DNA of 38,754 nt. It comes from Nanobdellota archaeon. Its GTDB lineage: Archaea; Nanobdellota; Nanobdellia; Woesearchaeales; GW2011-AR9. The notes under the pieces were generated by a model. The model was not told where the DNA came from and ran no database searches. It worked only from the letters and a program-made list of their open reading frames with translations. The position numbers were made by a program, and so were the translations under genes. Shown one piece after another: positions 1-8,217 of the stretch (positions are counted from its first letter, which is position 1; the number at the start of each line of letters is the position of its first letter). The stretch spans positions 1 through 38,754 of the forward strand of contig JAHJGQ010000081.1 of NCBI GenBank assembly GCA_018824365.1, in the 5' to 3' direction.

Positions 1-100
1 CTATATATTATTTTTTTCATTTAGTTAATTAGAATGTTTCATAAATACCTCAAGCATTTCCGTTATATTTATATAATTAAATATATTGATTATATCCAAT

Positions 101-622
101 ATGAAACTTCGGCAAGTTACTTTACGTTATAATGGACTTTTTGATTTTGATGGTTTATATTCAGCAGTTATTGATTGGGCAAAGAATTATGGTTATATGT
201 GGCAAGAAACGTCCTATAAACACAAAGTGCCTTCACCCAAAGGAGCTGAACAGGAACTTGATTGGATTTTAACGAAAAAAGTTACTGACTATATGAGTTA
301 TGAGCTTAAGCTTACGGTTCATGCTTGGGATATGATGGAAGTTAATGTAGACGTTGATGGACGTAAAAAGTCCTTAAGCAATGCTCGAATATATATCTTG
401 ATAAATGGTAAATTGACTACTGATTGGCAGAATAAGTTTAAAGGAGGTAAGATTGCAGAAATTATCGGTAAATGGTATGGGAAAGTGATGAAGAGAGACA
501 TAGAAACTGCATATTTTGATACATTATATTACCGTATGTGGAACTTGCACGCAATCATGAAAAAATATTTTGATATGCAATCTAAGAAATATGCATATAA
601 AGGATATCTCGGAGAAAACTAA
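101..622 (+). CDS. Uncharacterised protein, paralogue of 9973-10485 and 10488-11081
   Basis: ORF track 86-622; ATG at 101 lies 25 nt after TTTATATA (68-75), so a leaderless start is likely. Shares the YxGLF..lY..i......Gy...E pattern with the two paralogues. Confidence 0.8.
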   Translation: MKLRQVTLRYNGLFDFDGLYSAVIDWAKNYGYMWQETSYKHKVPSPKGAEQELDWILTKKVTDYMSYELKLTVHAWDMMEVNVDVDGRKKSLSNARIYILINGKLTTDWQNKFKGGKIAEIIGKWYGKVMKRDIETAYFDTLYYRMWNLHAIMKKYFDMQSKKYAYKGYLGEN

Positions 623-638
623 GCTTTAATTTTATGTT

Positions 639-738
639 GCTAGAGGTATCTTGCGAACAAGGAAGTTTCACAACCATAAAGATTAACCAGCTGGATTTTC
701 TAAGCTAAACTCCCAATAGTTATCGCATACTCTCTAGC
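639..738 (-). ncRNA. Candidate ~100-nt rod-like structured RNA
   Basis: Nested pairings GCTAGAG/CTCTAGC, GTAT/ATAC, GCGA/TCGC, GGAAGTTT/AAACTCCC. The A-C mismatch on + is a G-U pair on -. TTATATAG lies ~22 nt upstream on -. Confidence 0.35.
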
Positions 739-877
739 TTAATCTTGTAATAGTAAATAACTATATAATTATTTCTTACCACTAAATGTAGATAAAAATT
801 TAAAACAAACTTAATATCATTCTTTAGTAGTTACAAAAGCAACTTTTATAAACTAGATTATGAAGCAGATAATAACT

Positions 878-1762
878 ATGCTATTTAATCCAAAGATGGA
901 AAATTTTGGACTTGACAATTATATTATGTCTGAAGTAGATTCTACGTTTAAACCAGTGGTGGTTGAAATAGCAGATATGGTGGATATTCTAAGAACACAT
1001 AGAGTGTCTGAATTAAAATATTCTCTCAACGAAAACTTAGGAGACCTTTCAGCATCAAAATTTCCTACAGAATGTGAAGTAATCAATTATGAATTTGCAA
1101 AATTAGTTGTCTTAAATGAAATATATAAAGCACCTCAAAAAGTAAAAGTTGGAATGTTGTTATATCTTAAAAGTTTGTGTGTGGATAGTCTAAATAGTGA
1201 AAATTTACAAAAAGCAGAATCGGCTCTTAAACCAGTTGCAATTGAAGCTGCCGAGATGGTGGATATCTTAAGAAAATATGATTTATCTAGAGAAAATTAT
1301 TCATTGAGGGAAAGTTTAGATATTCAAATAAGTCCTAAAATACCTCTTGAACATGAAATAATTAACTATGAGTTAGCAAAAGGAAAAATATTGGGCAAAG
1401 TAAATAAAACTGCTTTAAATGTTGGAATTGAAATGCTGTTAATCCTAAAAGATTTATGTGTTAATGATTATAGTGAGAATGATTTGGATGAGTCAAAGAA
1501 AGCTCTCAAGAATGTTGTTGATAATGTCTTATATATTGCTAAAGTCTTTAGGAATTATAGGGTAGATGAATTAAGATATTGTCTAAATTCAAGTTTGACT
1601 GATATCTTAACTCCGAATATTCCATCAATGTCAGAAGTTCTAGAATTTAATATAGCAAGGAGTATGATATTAGGGGAAGCTGGTAAGAAGAATATCAAAA
1701 CCAGTGTAGGTATGTTTAGGCTGGTAAAAGATTTATGCTTTAATTTAAGGTATGATCTTTAG
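878..1762 (+). CDS. Hypothetical protein made of three ~93-aa helical repeats
   Basis: ORF 860-1762; ATG 878 lies 25 nt after TTTATAAA (845-852). Repeats of KPV..E.A.MVDILR...INYE.AK...LKDLC; the first two are 279 bp apart. Confidence 0.8.
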   Translation: MLFNPKMENFGLDNYIMSEVDSTFKPVVVEIADMVDILRTHRVSELKYSLNENLGDLSASKFPTECEVINYEFAKLVVLNEIYKAPQKVKVGMLLYLKSLCVDSLNSENLQKAESALKPVAIEAAEMVDILRKYDLSRENYSLRESLDIQISPKIPLEHEIINYELAKGKILGKVNKTALNVGIEMLLILKDLCVNDYSENDLDESKKALKNVVDNVLYIAKVFRNYRVDELRYCLNSSLTDILTPNIPSMSEVLEFNIARSMILGEAGKKNIKTSVGMFRLVKDLCFNLRYDL

Positions 1763-1792
1763 AATATGTTATAAGATGCCAGAAAGATAATG

Positions 1793-1897
1793 TGCACCGG
1801 CCGGGACCTTCGCAGACACGAAGAGAGTAGTAAACATAAACAATGTAGGAACACAGTTACTGTCTCTATCTTCTCCTCAACAGTCTATTCGAACCCG
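1793..1897 (-). tRNA. Isolated tRNA-Gly-like 3' fragment (positions 50-73) with an 81-nt BHB intron at 59/60
   Basis: Minus strand CGGGTTCGAA[intron 1887-1807]TCCCGGCCGGTGCA; the exons are identical to the 3' end of the full tRNA-Gly. BHB: GGG TTCG AA^T ... CGAA GG^T CCC. No 5' half adjacent. Confidence 0.8.
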
Positions 1898-1925
1898 ATA
1901 GGTTAAGTATCATATGTTTAACATC

Positions 1926-1940
1926 TTTATAAAAATTTTG
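1926..1940 (-). promoter_or_regulatory. Putative BRE/TATA promoter upstream of the tRNA 3' fragment
   Basis: Minus strand CAAAATT-TTTATAAA closely matches the rps13 promoter CAAAATC-TTTATAAA. Spacing to the fragment is similar to that of the full tRNA promoter. Confidence 0.5.
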
Positions 1941-2183
1941 TAAGTAGAAATACTCTTTTTAGAGAACATGTTTGTTGTTTCTTACACCACTCACCCACTG
2001 GACAAGTCCGGGTAGAGTTTATATATTAGCAAATTTACAGGATATTAAGAAAAAGAGGTTACACATAACAGCAATAAAATTCTTTTGACAAAGTAAAGAA
2101 GAAATTTAAACAGTGGTGCTTGGTCGCCTCTTTCTCTTGAAAACCCCGGGTTTTAGAATAATGCAAACTTGGAGGCGATAAGG

Positions 2184-2972
2184 ATGAATAAGAAAAGATT
2201 AAACAAAAGTGAACTTAAGCTTATTGGTACGTTAATTAAAAAAAATTACTCACTAAATGAAATTTCCAAAATATTAGGGAGGAGCAAAACTACAATATAC
2301 TATCATTTTAGAAAAATAAAAGGAAGATATGTTAAACCAGTAACTTTGATATCTGGTGATGAAGAATTAATTGGCGAGTTTATAGGCCTGTTTGCTGGTG
2401 ATGGCTCTTTCTACAAAATGCCTAATTACAAATACAATATTCGTTTACATTTTAATTCTACTGAAGCTAATTATGTTGATAATCTTATTCGAAATGTATT
2501 AATTAAGCTATTTGGCAAAAAACCAATGATGTTTAAACAAGAAAATAGGATAAATTTATGTTATTATTCTAAGAATATTTATGAGTTTGTTAAGGATTAT
2601 CTATGTTGGGATTTAAATGAACCTAAAACCTATTCTGTTAGGCTAAAGAAAGAGGATTATTCAAGTGCTTTTATGGTGGGTTTTATTAGAGGATCATTGG
2701 ATAGCGATGGGTATTTGTCTTCTAAAAAAGTCAGTTTTGCAACTGTTTCTCCAGGATTGAAAGAAAGTATTATAAGATGTTTAGATAGTTTAGATTTATC
2801 ATACAGTGTACGATTATACAAAGAAAAAAGAGAAAATCGTAGAGATATTTATCATGTTAATATTCTTAGAAAGGATTTCAACAAATTTTATCAAATTATT
2901 AAGCCAAGAAACATAAAAGGACTGAATGCACCGGCCGGGATTCGAATATCCGAACGTCCAGTCCAATTTTGA
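2184..2972 (+). CDS. Free-standing LAGLIDADG homing endonuclease with N-terminal HTH
   Basis: Two LAGLIDADG motifs (FIGLFAGDG, FIRGSLDSDG) and an HTH (SLNEISKILGRSKTTIYYH). SD GGAGG at 2171-2175 precedes ATG 2184. The 3' end overlaps tRNA-Gly antisense. Confidence 0.88.
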   Translation: MNKKRLNKSELKLIGTLIKKNYSLNEISKILGRSKTTIYYHFRKIKGRYVKPVTLISGDEELIGEFIGLFAGDGSFYKMPNYKYNIRLHFNSTEANYVDNLIRNVLIKLFGKKPMMFKQENRINLCYYSKNIYEFVKDYLCWDLNEPKTYSVRLKKEDYSSAFMVGFIRGSLDSDGYLSSKKVSFATVSPGLKESIIRCLDSLDLSYSVRLYKEKRENRRDIYHVNILRKDFNKFYQIIKPRNIKGLNAPAGIRISERPVQF

Positions 2973-3058
2973 CGTTTCCCGGATGACCGGCTTGGAAGGC
3001 CGGGATTCTTTACGGCGTGATAGGAAATTCTAACACGTAGCCATTAAACTACCGGTGC
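2927..3058 (-). tRNA. tRNA-Gly(TCC) with two non-canonical BHB introns (D-loop 20a/21, 29 nt; T-arm 53/54, 31 nt)
   Basis: The spliced 72-nt sequence GCACCGGTAGTTTAATGGCTAGAATCCCGGCCTTCCAAGCCGGTCATCCGGGTTCGAATCCCGGCCGGTGCA forms a full cloverleaf. Introns 3010-3038 (central helix ATGG/CCGT) and 2947-2977 (TCCG/CGGA). TTTATAAA lies 25 nt upstream. Confidence 0.93.
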
Positions 3059-3252
3059 ATAAAATAAGAAAATCGCACTTCTCTTTATAAAATTTCCTTT
3101 CTTGTTAAATAGATTCATCAAATAAACTTCTCAAATCTACGCTTTACCTAACTATTTCTAACTTAATTTATCTTCAATAAGACTTAAATACCAAATGATA
3201 GTAATTTTCTATCACAAAAAAGCATAATGCTTTGATTTTTTGGAGATAACTT

Positions 3253-3981
3253 ATGGTAAATTGTTCAGAGCTGATAATGAAAAGAAAAGAACTAGAGGAT
3301 TTGCTGGACAGATTAAGCCAAGACGAAACATTCACTTTATTAGATAAAAGTATTGAAATTAGAATATATGATTTAATGATTAACGCTAGAATAAAGTATA
3401 ATCAAGCAATGAATGAAGATTTAGATAATATAATTAAAGGCCTATTAGAAGTACCGAGTGATAAAATTGATAATCTTTCTGTTGGGTTCAGTGCTAAATC
3501 TACTCTTCTAAATTGGAAGGAAAAATATGGTCATGCACCAGCTTATATCTTTGTCTTGAACTTTGATCCAAATAATCCTCAACATAAAGAGCATAGTTTT
3601 GGTGCAATGTCTGGAAGATCTTTCCGCCCTTGCATTAATAGGAATATCAATGATCAAGATATAATTGAAGATATTGAAAAGATAGCTTATGAAGATAATG
3701 CAGTTATTATAGATAAAAAAGGATTAATTCTAGCAACAAATATACAGCTTGTTGATGTAAATCCTTCAGCAATACTTGGTGAATTCTCTAAAAATAGTGA
3801 TGATCATAAGAAGTTTGGTTTTGTTCATGAAGTGCATTCCAGACATTTTTCTTCTTTAGGAGCTTCTTATCATATTCCTGGTTCAGTAGTTTACACACTA
3901 GGGGAAGCTGGTTATATAAGGAGATTTGAAAAAGGTAAAATAACCTTCTCTACCGTCGAGCAAGAGATTAGGGCTTTGTAA
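3253..3981 (+). CDS. Diadenylate cyclase (DisA_N/DAC)-like domain protein with variant motifs
   Basis: EDNAVIID..G.I (cf. DGA motif), HSRHFSSLGAS (cf. GTRHRAA) and C-terminal TLGEAGYIRRFEKGK (cf. vSEe.G.i..f..G). Confidence 0.72.
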   Translation: MVNCSELIMKRKELEDLLDRLSQDETFTLLDKSIEIRIYDLMINARIKYNQAMNEDLDNIIKGLLEVPSDKIDNLSVGFSAKSTLLNWKEKYGHAPAYIFVLNFDPNNPQHKEHSFGAMSGRSFRPCINRNINDQDIIEDIEKIAYEDNAVIIDKKGLILATNIQLVDVNPSAILGEFSKNSDDHKKFGFVHEVHSRHFSSLGASYHIPGSVVYTLGEAGYIRRFEKGKITFSTVEQEIRAL

Positions 3982-4129
3982 GGAATTCTTTTGGTATGTC
4001 ATTTTTATTCTAAATAACATCTTTTTTTATACACTATTTTTTATACTCCAATATTCATACGTTAAAATAGGCTATGAGAACCGCTTTGTTTCCGATATAT
4101 TTTTAAACATAATTCTCTTTACAAAAATT

Positions 4130-4642
4130 ATGGTAGAACTTACTGGACAAAATTGTAATTTTTGTGGAGAAAATAAACTTACTTTACGTGAAGAGGAGAT
4201 AGAGATCCCTTACTTCGGGCGGGTTTTTGTCTTTTCTATGGAATGTACAGCTTGTGGTTATAGAAAGTCTGATGTAGAACCAGCAGAAAGCAAAGAACCA
4301 TGTAAATATACATTAGAAGTAAGTTCAGAAGATGATCTTAACATTAAGATAATCAAGTCAGGAGAAGCTATACTTAAAATACCGCACATCATAACTGTTG
4401 AACCAGGACCTGCTGCAAATGGTTATGTTACTAATGTTGAAGGTCTTCTTGAGCGGATTAAAAATAGGATCACCTCTTCAGTTGAAGGGGAAGAAGATCC
4501 TGCTGCAAAGAAAAAGGCTAAAAATCTTATTAAGAAATTAAATAAAGTTTTAGTTGGCAGAGAACCATTAAAGATAATTATTGAAGATCCTACCGGTCAT
4601 AGTGCAATCGTTTCTGATAAAGCGCAAAAGAGTAAACTTTAG
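4130..4642 (+). CDS. ZPR1 zinc finger domain protein (archaeal type)
   Basis: CxxC...IPYFG...CxxCGYR, PGP..GYVTNVEGLL and IIEDPTGHSAI motifs. Confidence 0.93.
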   Translation: MVELTGQNCNFCGENKLTLREEEIEIPYFGRVFVFSMECTACGYRKSDVEPAESKEPCKYTLEVSSEDDLNIKIIKSGEAILKIPHIITVEPGPAANGYVTNVEGLLERIKNRITSSVEGEEDPAAKKKAKNLIKKLNKVLVGREPLKIIIEDPTGHSAIVSDKAQKSKL

Positions 4643-4645
4643 ATT

Positions 4646-4912
4646 TTATTCTCTTTCGCTCATTATAACTCTTTCTAACTCTCTTAAAACTTCATTGTCA
4701 TCTGGAGTTATTTCTATAGTAAATCTATTTCTAGGACCTATCTCCATTTCAACAGTTCTTCCTTTGTAACTAAAAGAATCCTGGCGATATTCTTCTTCAC
4801 GTTGATGACATCCAAAAGTAAATTCCCTGCTAATAAACTGGGCTTCTTTTAGCAAATAATCCCTAAGATTCTCATAGCCATTAATGTTTGGTTCAAATTC
4901 TATCTTTGCCAT
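4646..4912 (-). CDS. Hypothetical protein
   Basis: 88-aa ORF with plausible composition, convergent with the ZPR1-like gene. Confidence 0.6.
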   Translation of the reverse strand: MAKIEFEPNINGYENLRDYLLKEAQFISREFTFGCHQREEEYRQDSFSYKGRTVEMEIGPRNRFTIEITPDDNEVLRELERVIMSERE

Positions 4913-5373
4913 TACTTATAATGATTAATTATCTTTTAAATATATTATGAATTATGGTATTTATCCAAGATCATTTGTTTAGAAATACTTTTTTTATATT
5001 ATCAGTGTAATGTTAAACTCAATAAATTTGGAGTCCTAAAAACGAAAAGGGCAATTTCTTCATAAGATTATTAAAACTCACTCATTTTTTAAATGTTTAA
5101 GAATTTTGATTTGGTTAAGTTTCAGATTAAATATTTGTTCCTGTGTTGTTAATTTGAAAAAAATTGGGTCTTCTGTATTTATGATCAAGAAATTGCTCAT
5201 TAATTCTTTTTCTAATGTATCACTTACGCTCTGTGAAAGACAGACTCCATATTTACTTTGCGGATGCAATTTTACCCCATTATGTAGGTAAAAGAGTTTA
5301 ACATGCTTTAGGGAATGTTATATGTAATGAAAACCATAAATAAATATAAATATACATTGTTCAATTTAATCTG

Positions 5374-5580
5374 ATGAAACACATGATTGGAGACAGTATT
5401 GATGTTCTTATTTGCCCAGAGGGGCATAGTGTGCCGTATGCACGTTGGAATTATGCAAAAGAATTATCTAAAACTGAAGTTGATGCAATGACATTATTAC
5501 CAGTATATGAATCCGGGCTATATTGTTCAAAATGTGATAAGCCTTACGGATTAAGTAAATTAACTAAACCACAAGTATAA
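5374..5580 (+). CDS. Small putative zinc-binding protein
   Basis: CPEGH and CSKC motifs; AT-rich TATA-like sequence upstream. Confidence 0.6.
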   Translation: MKHMIGDSIDVLICPEGHSVPYARWNYAKELSKTEVDAMTLLPVYESGLYCSKCDKPYGLSKLTKPQV

Positions 5581-5605
5581 TTGTTTGTAATCTTTTTTAA
5601 ATAAC

Positions 5606-6286
5606 TCACTGAAATATTTTTTCCCTTTCTTTATTAGTTAAGTATTTATATCCTTTTACTTCTAAAGTACCTAAACTTAGCTTTCCTATCCTTATCCTCT
5701 GTAAGTAAGATACTTTAAAATCCAAAGCATCAAAGATCCTTCTTATAATGCGGTTCTTTCCTTCATGGATAGTTATTTCAAGGAGATTATTTGTCTGCTT
5801 TCGAATCTTTGCAGGAGCGGTCTTTCCATCTTTAAGAACAATCCCTTTTTCAATCTGCTTAATCTCATTATCATTTATCGGCCTGTTAATTTCAACCAGG
5901 TATGTTTTCTTAATCTCATGGCTTGGATGCATTATCTTATTGGCAAAATCACCGTCATTTGTCAACAGAAGTAAACCTGTAGAATTATAATCTAATCTTC
6001 CTATGGGAAAGATTCTTTCTTTAACTCTAATATAATCCATCACTGTTTTATATTGTTTATCTCTTAAAGCTGTTACACAACCAAGCGGCTTATTGAATTT
6101 GATATAGACTTTTCTCTCTTTTCTTACTGATCTATTATCTACATAAATATTGTCATCTTCAGAAGCTTTATCGCCTAAAGAGATAACTTTATCATTAACT
6201 TTTACTCTGCCTTTCTCGATAAGTTCTTCAGCTTTCCTCCTTGAGCAATAGCCGTAATTGCTTAACAGTTTCTGTACTCTTTGCAT
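5606..6286 (-). CDS. RsuA/RluB/E/F-family pseudouridine synthase with S4 domain
   Basis: N-terminal S4 domain (SRRKAEELIEKGRVKVN), catalytic GRLD, GLLLLTNDG and EGKNRIIRR motifs. Confidence 0.95.
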   Translation of the reverse strand: MQRVQKLLSNYGYCSRRKAEELIEKGRVKVNDKVISLGDKASEDDNIYVDNRSVRKERKVYIKFNKPLGCVTALRDKQYKTVMDYIRVKERIFPIGRLDYNSTGLLLLTNDGDFANKIMHPSHEIKKTYLVEINRPINDNEIKQIEKGIVLKDGKTAPAKIRKQTNNLLEITIHEGKNRIIRRIFDALDFKVSYLQRIRIGKLSLGTLEVKGYKYLTNKEREKIFQ

Positions 6287-6584
6287 ATCTCTGGGTTGTC
6301 GGTTGTAAATATAAATTTTACTGCATGCAAAATAAATGTTTGAGAATTAATAAGGGATAATTTTGATTCTATTATTGGTTTGTTATTGGTGACTTATGAC
6401 CACCTCATAAAATAACTACCAACAACATAACTACTGGTTAGTGGTAATTTTAGAAAGATTTAAATAAAAGTAGGATATTATAGCTTAATATGAGGCATAA
6501 AATAAGCATTACATTAGACAAAGTGAAATATTAGATGAAAATACTAAAAAAAGCACGTAAATTGTCTTAAAAAACCACATTAAT

Positions 6585-8189
6585 ATGACAACCCCAATTG
6601 ACTTAGTTCGACAATATGGATCTGTACGAGAAATTCCAAATGCCGATTTGATAGCATTAGGATTTCAAAAGAAGATTATTGAAACAGATAGTGGAATATG
6701 CTATAAAATTGAGAAAGAAAGTGCTGCAAAGCAAATATCAGAAGCGCAGAAAGAAGCTCCTTTTGAAAAATTGGAAGTTATTTTGAGTAAAAATGATGTG
6801 TTTTGTTCTCTATCACAGGGATTATATTGCAAAGTAATGCAACTCATTAATAATTTAGAAAATGATATAGATATTTCTAATACTGATTTGACTAATTTTA
6901 AAAGGAAAACCCCTCCACGAACCTCATTAAAACAGTTTGGTACAGTTGCAGAAGAATATCTTGAAAAAAAGTTTGGTTCACATAAAGGTAAAGATTATTC
7001 AGAAGCAGACATACTAAAATCATATTGTAGATTATGGGAACTTCAGTGTGATGAAAGAGGCTGGATGATTGATATTGTACCTATAAGTAATCAAATCTTC
7101 TCAACTGTCCTAGATGAACTTGCACTTGAAGAATTGGTAATGCCAAAGAAACAAGTGGAAGCATTATATCGTGAATTAGAAAAAGTACGAAGTCAGCTTA
7201 CAGATGTTGACGAGTTAAAGCAATGGCAAGAACTAGGCGGTGGAATTTTTACTATTGAAGATACTGTTATGGCTTTTGGAGATGACTGGAGAGAGCTATG
7301 CAGCCCTGAATTCGTTAATTATATTACTGCAGATTTAGGCACGGTATATCAGAGATTAGTACGTGAAGTGTTAAAAGACAAAGGGTTTGATACAATTACA
7401 CAAAGTTTGGAACAATGTTTAGGAATAGATGAATATAGATTATTTTTACAATCTGTAAAAGGAGATCAATTGCCCTCATTTGAAAGAACAAAAGAAATAC
7501 AAAAGAAAATCAAAGACGCACCTCTTGAAGAAAGAAAAGTCTTAAGTCAAGAATTAAAACAAGCAAAAGAACAACAGAAATATGAAAGACAATTAGTAGA
7601 AGGCGCTCTTAACTTCCTGTCACCTGAAGTTTTATTTGCACAGCATATGAAAAGGGAGTTTAAAGAAATCCAACAAATCTTATATCGTCAAGGTAATGAT
7701 CAAGAACAACTTTATTTAGATGGAAGACCTAATAAAAAGTTAGATAAAGATCCTGGTGAAGTAAGTGGAGATTGCACAAGAGGAGCACCACTTCCATTTT
7801 ACGACTCTCGTGTCCATAATATCAAAGTACTCAAAGGGAGTGGACAACATATTGGGAACATCTATTTATTTGAGACTGCTGCTGAAGGGTATAGTAAAGT
7901 ATGGCATCTTGATGCAATTCAAGTTCCAGAACAAGCGGATTGGGATAAAAGTATCGAAGCATTAATATTTACCCTCGCAAAAGCGGCAGAAGCCAAAAAT
8001 GTTAGTTGTATTACTGTAAACAAAATAAAACACCTCATCTCAAACTTTGATTATATTGGTGAAGCAGTAGAAAAATATCACCGGGAACATGGTGGAGAGA
8101 TGACGATGGTTGATTTAGATATAAACATCAGACCTGATTATTCAGGATTCCAAGGTGATGGTGAAGCAAGAGTGTTATGGAAAAAATGA
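6585..8189 (+). CDS. Large hypothetical protein: helical/coiled-coil body plus alpha-beta C-terminal domain
   Basis: 534-aa ORF; C-terminal DPGEVSGDCT...HIGNIYL...WHLDAIQ region, possibly GNAT-like (inference). Confidence 0.75.
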   Translation: MTTPIDLVRQYGSVREIPNADLIALGFQKKIIETDSGICYKIEKESAAKQISEAQKEAPFEKLEVILSKNDVFCSLSQGLYCKVMQLINNLENDIDISNTDLTNFKRKTPPRTSLKQFGTVAEEYLEKKFGSHKGKDYSEADILKSYCRLWELQCDERGWMIDIVPISNQIFSTVLDELALEELVMPKKQVEALYRELEKVRSQLTDVDELKQWQELGGGIFTIEDTVMAFGDDWRELCSPEFVNYITADLGTVYQRLVREVLKDKGFDTITQSLEQCLGIDEYRLFLQSVKGDQLPSFERTKEIQKKIKDAPLEERKVLSQELKQAKEQQKYERQLVEGALNFLSPEVLFAQHMKREFKEIQQILYRQGNDQEQLYLDGRPNKKLDKDPGEVSGDCTRGAPLPFYDSRVHNIKVLKGSGQHIGNIYLFETAAEGYSKVWHLDAIQVPEQADWDKSIEALIFTLAKAAEAKNVSCITVNKIKHLISNFDYIGEAVEKYHREHGGEMTMVDLDINIRPDYSGFQGDGEARVLWKK

Positions 8190-8217
8190 CATCAAAAAAC
8201 ATTACCAGACAAATCAA

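Noticed and set aside
1700-1897. Circularly permuted tRNA
   Set aside because: No tRNA 5' half follows the 3' fragment on the minus strand.
2000-2012. GGACAAGTCCGGG resembling the RNase P RNA CR-I motif
   Set aside because: No matching CR-V/P4 partner is visible, and the motif is explained by a local hairpin.
5078-5291. Two overlapping ~60-aa ORFs
   Set aside because: Non-ATG starts, no recognisable motifs, and neither can be supported.
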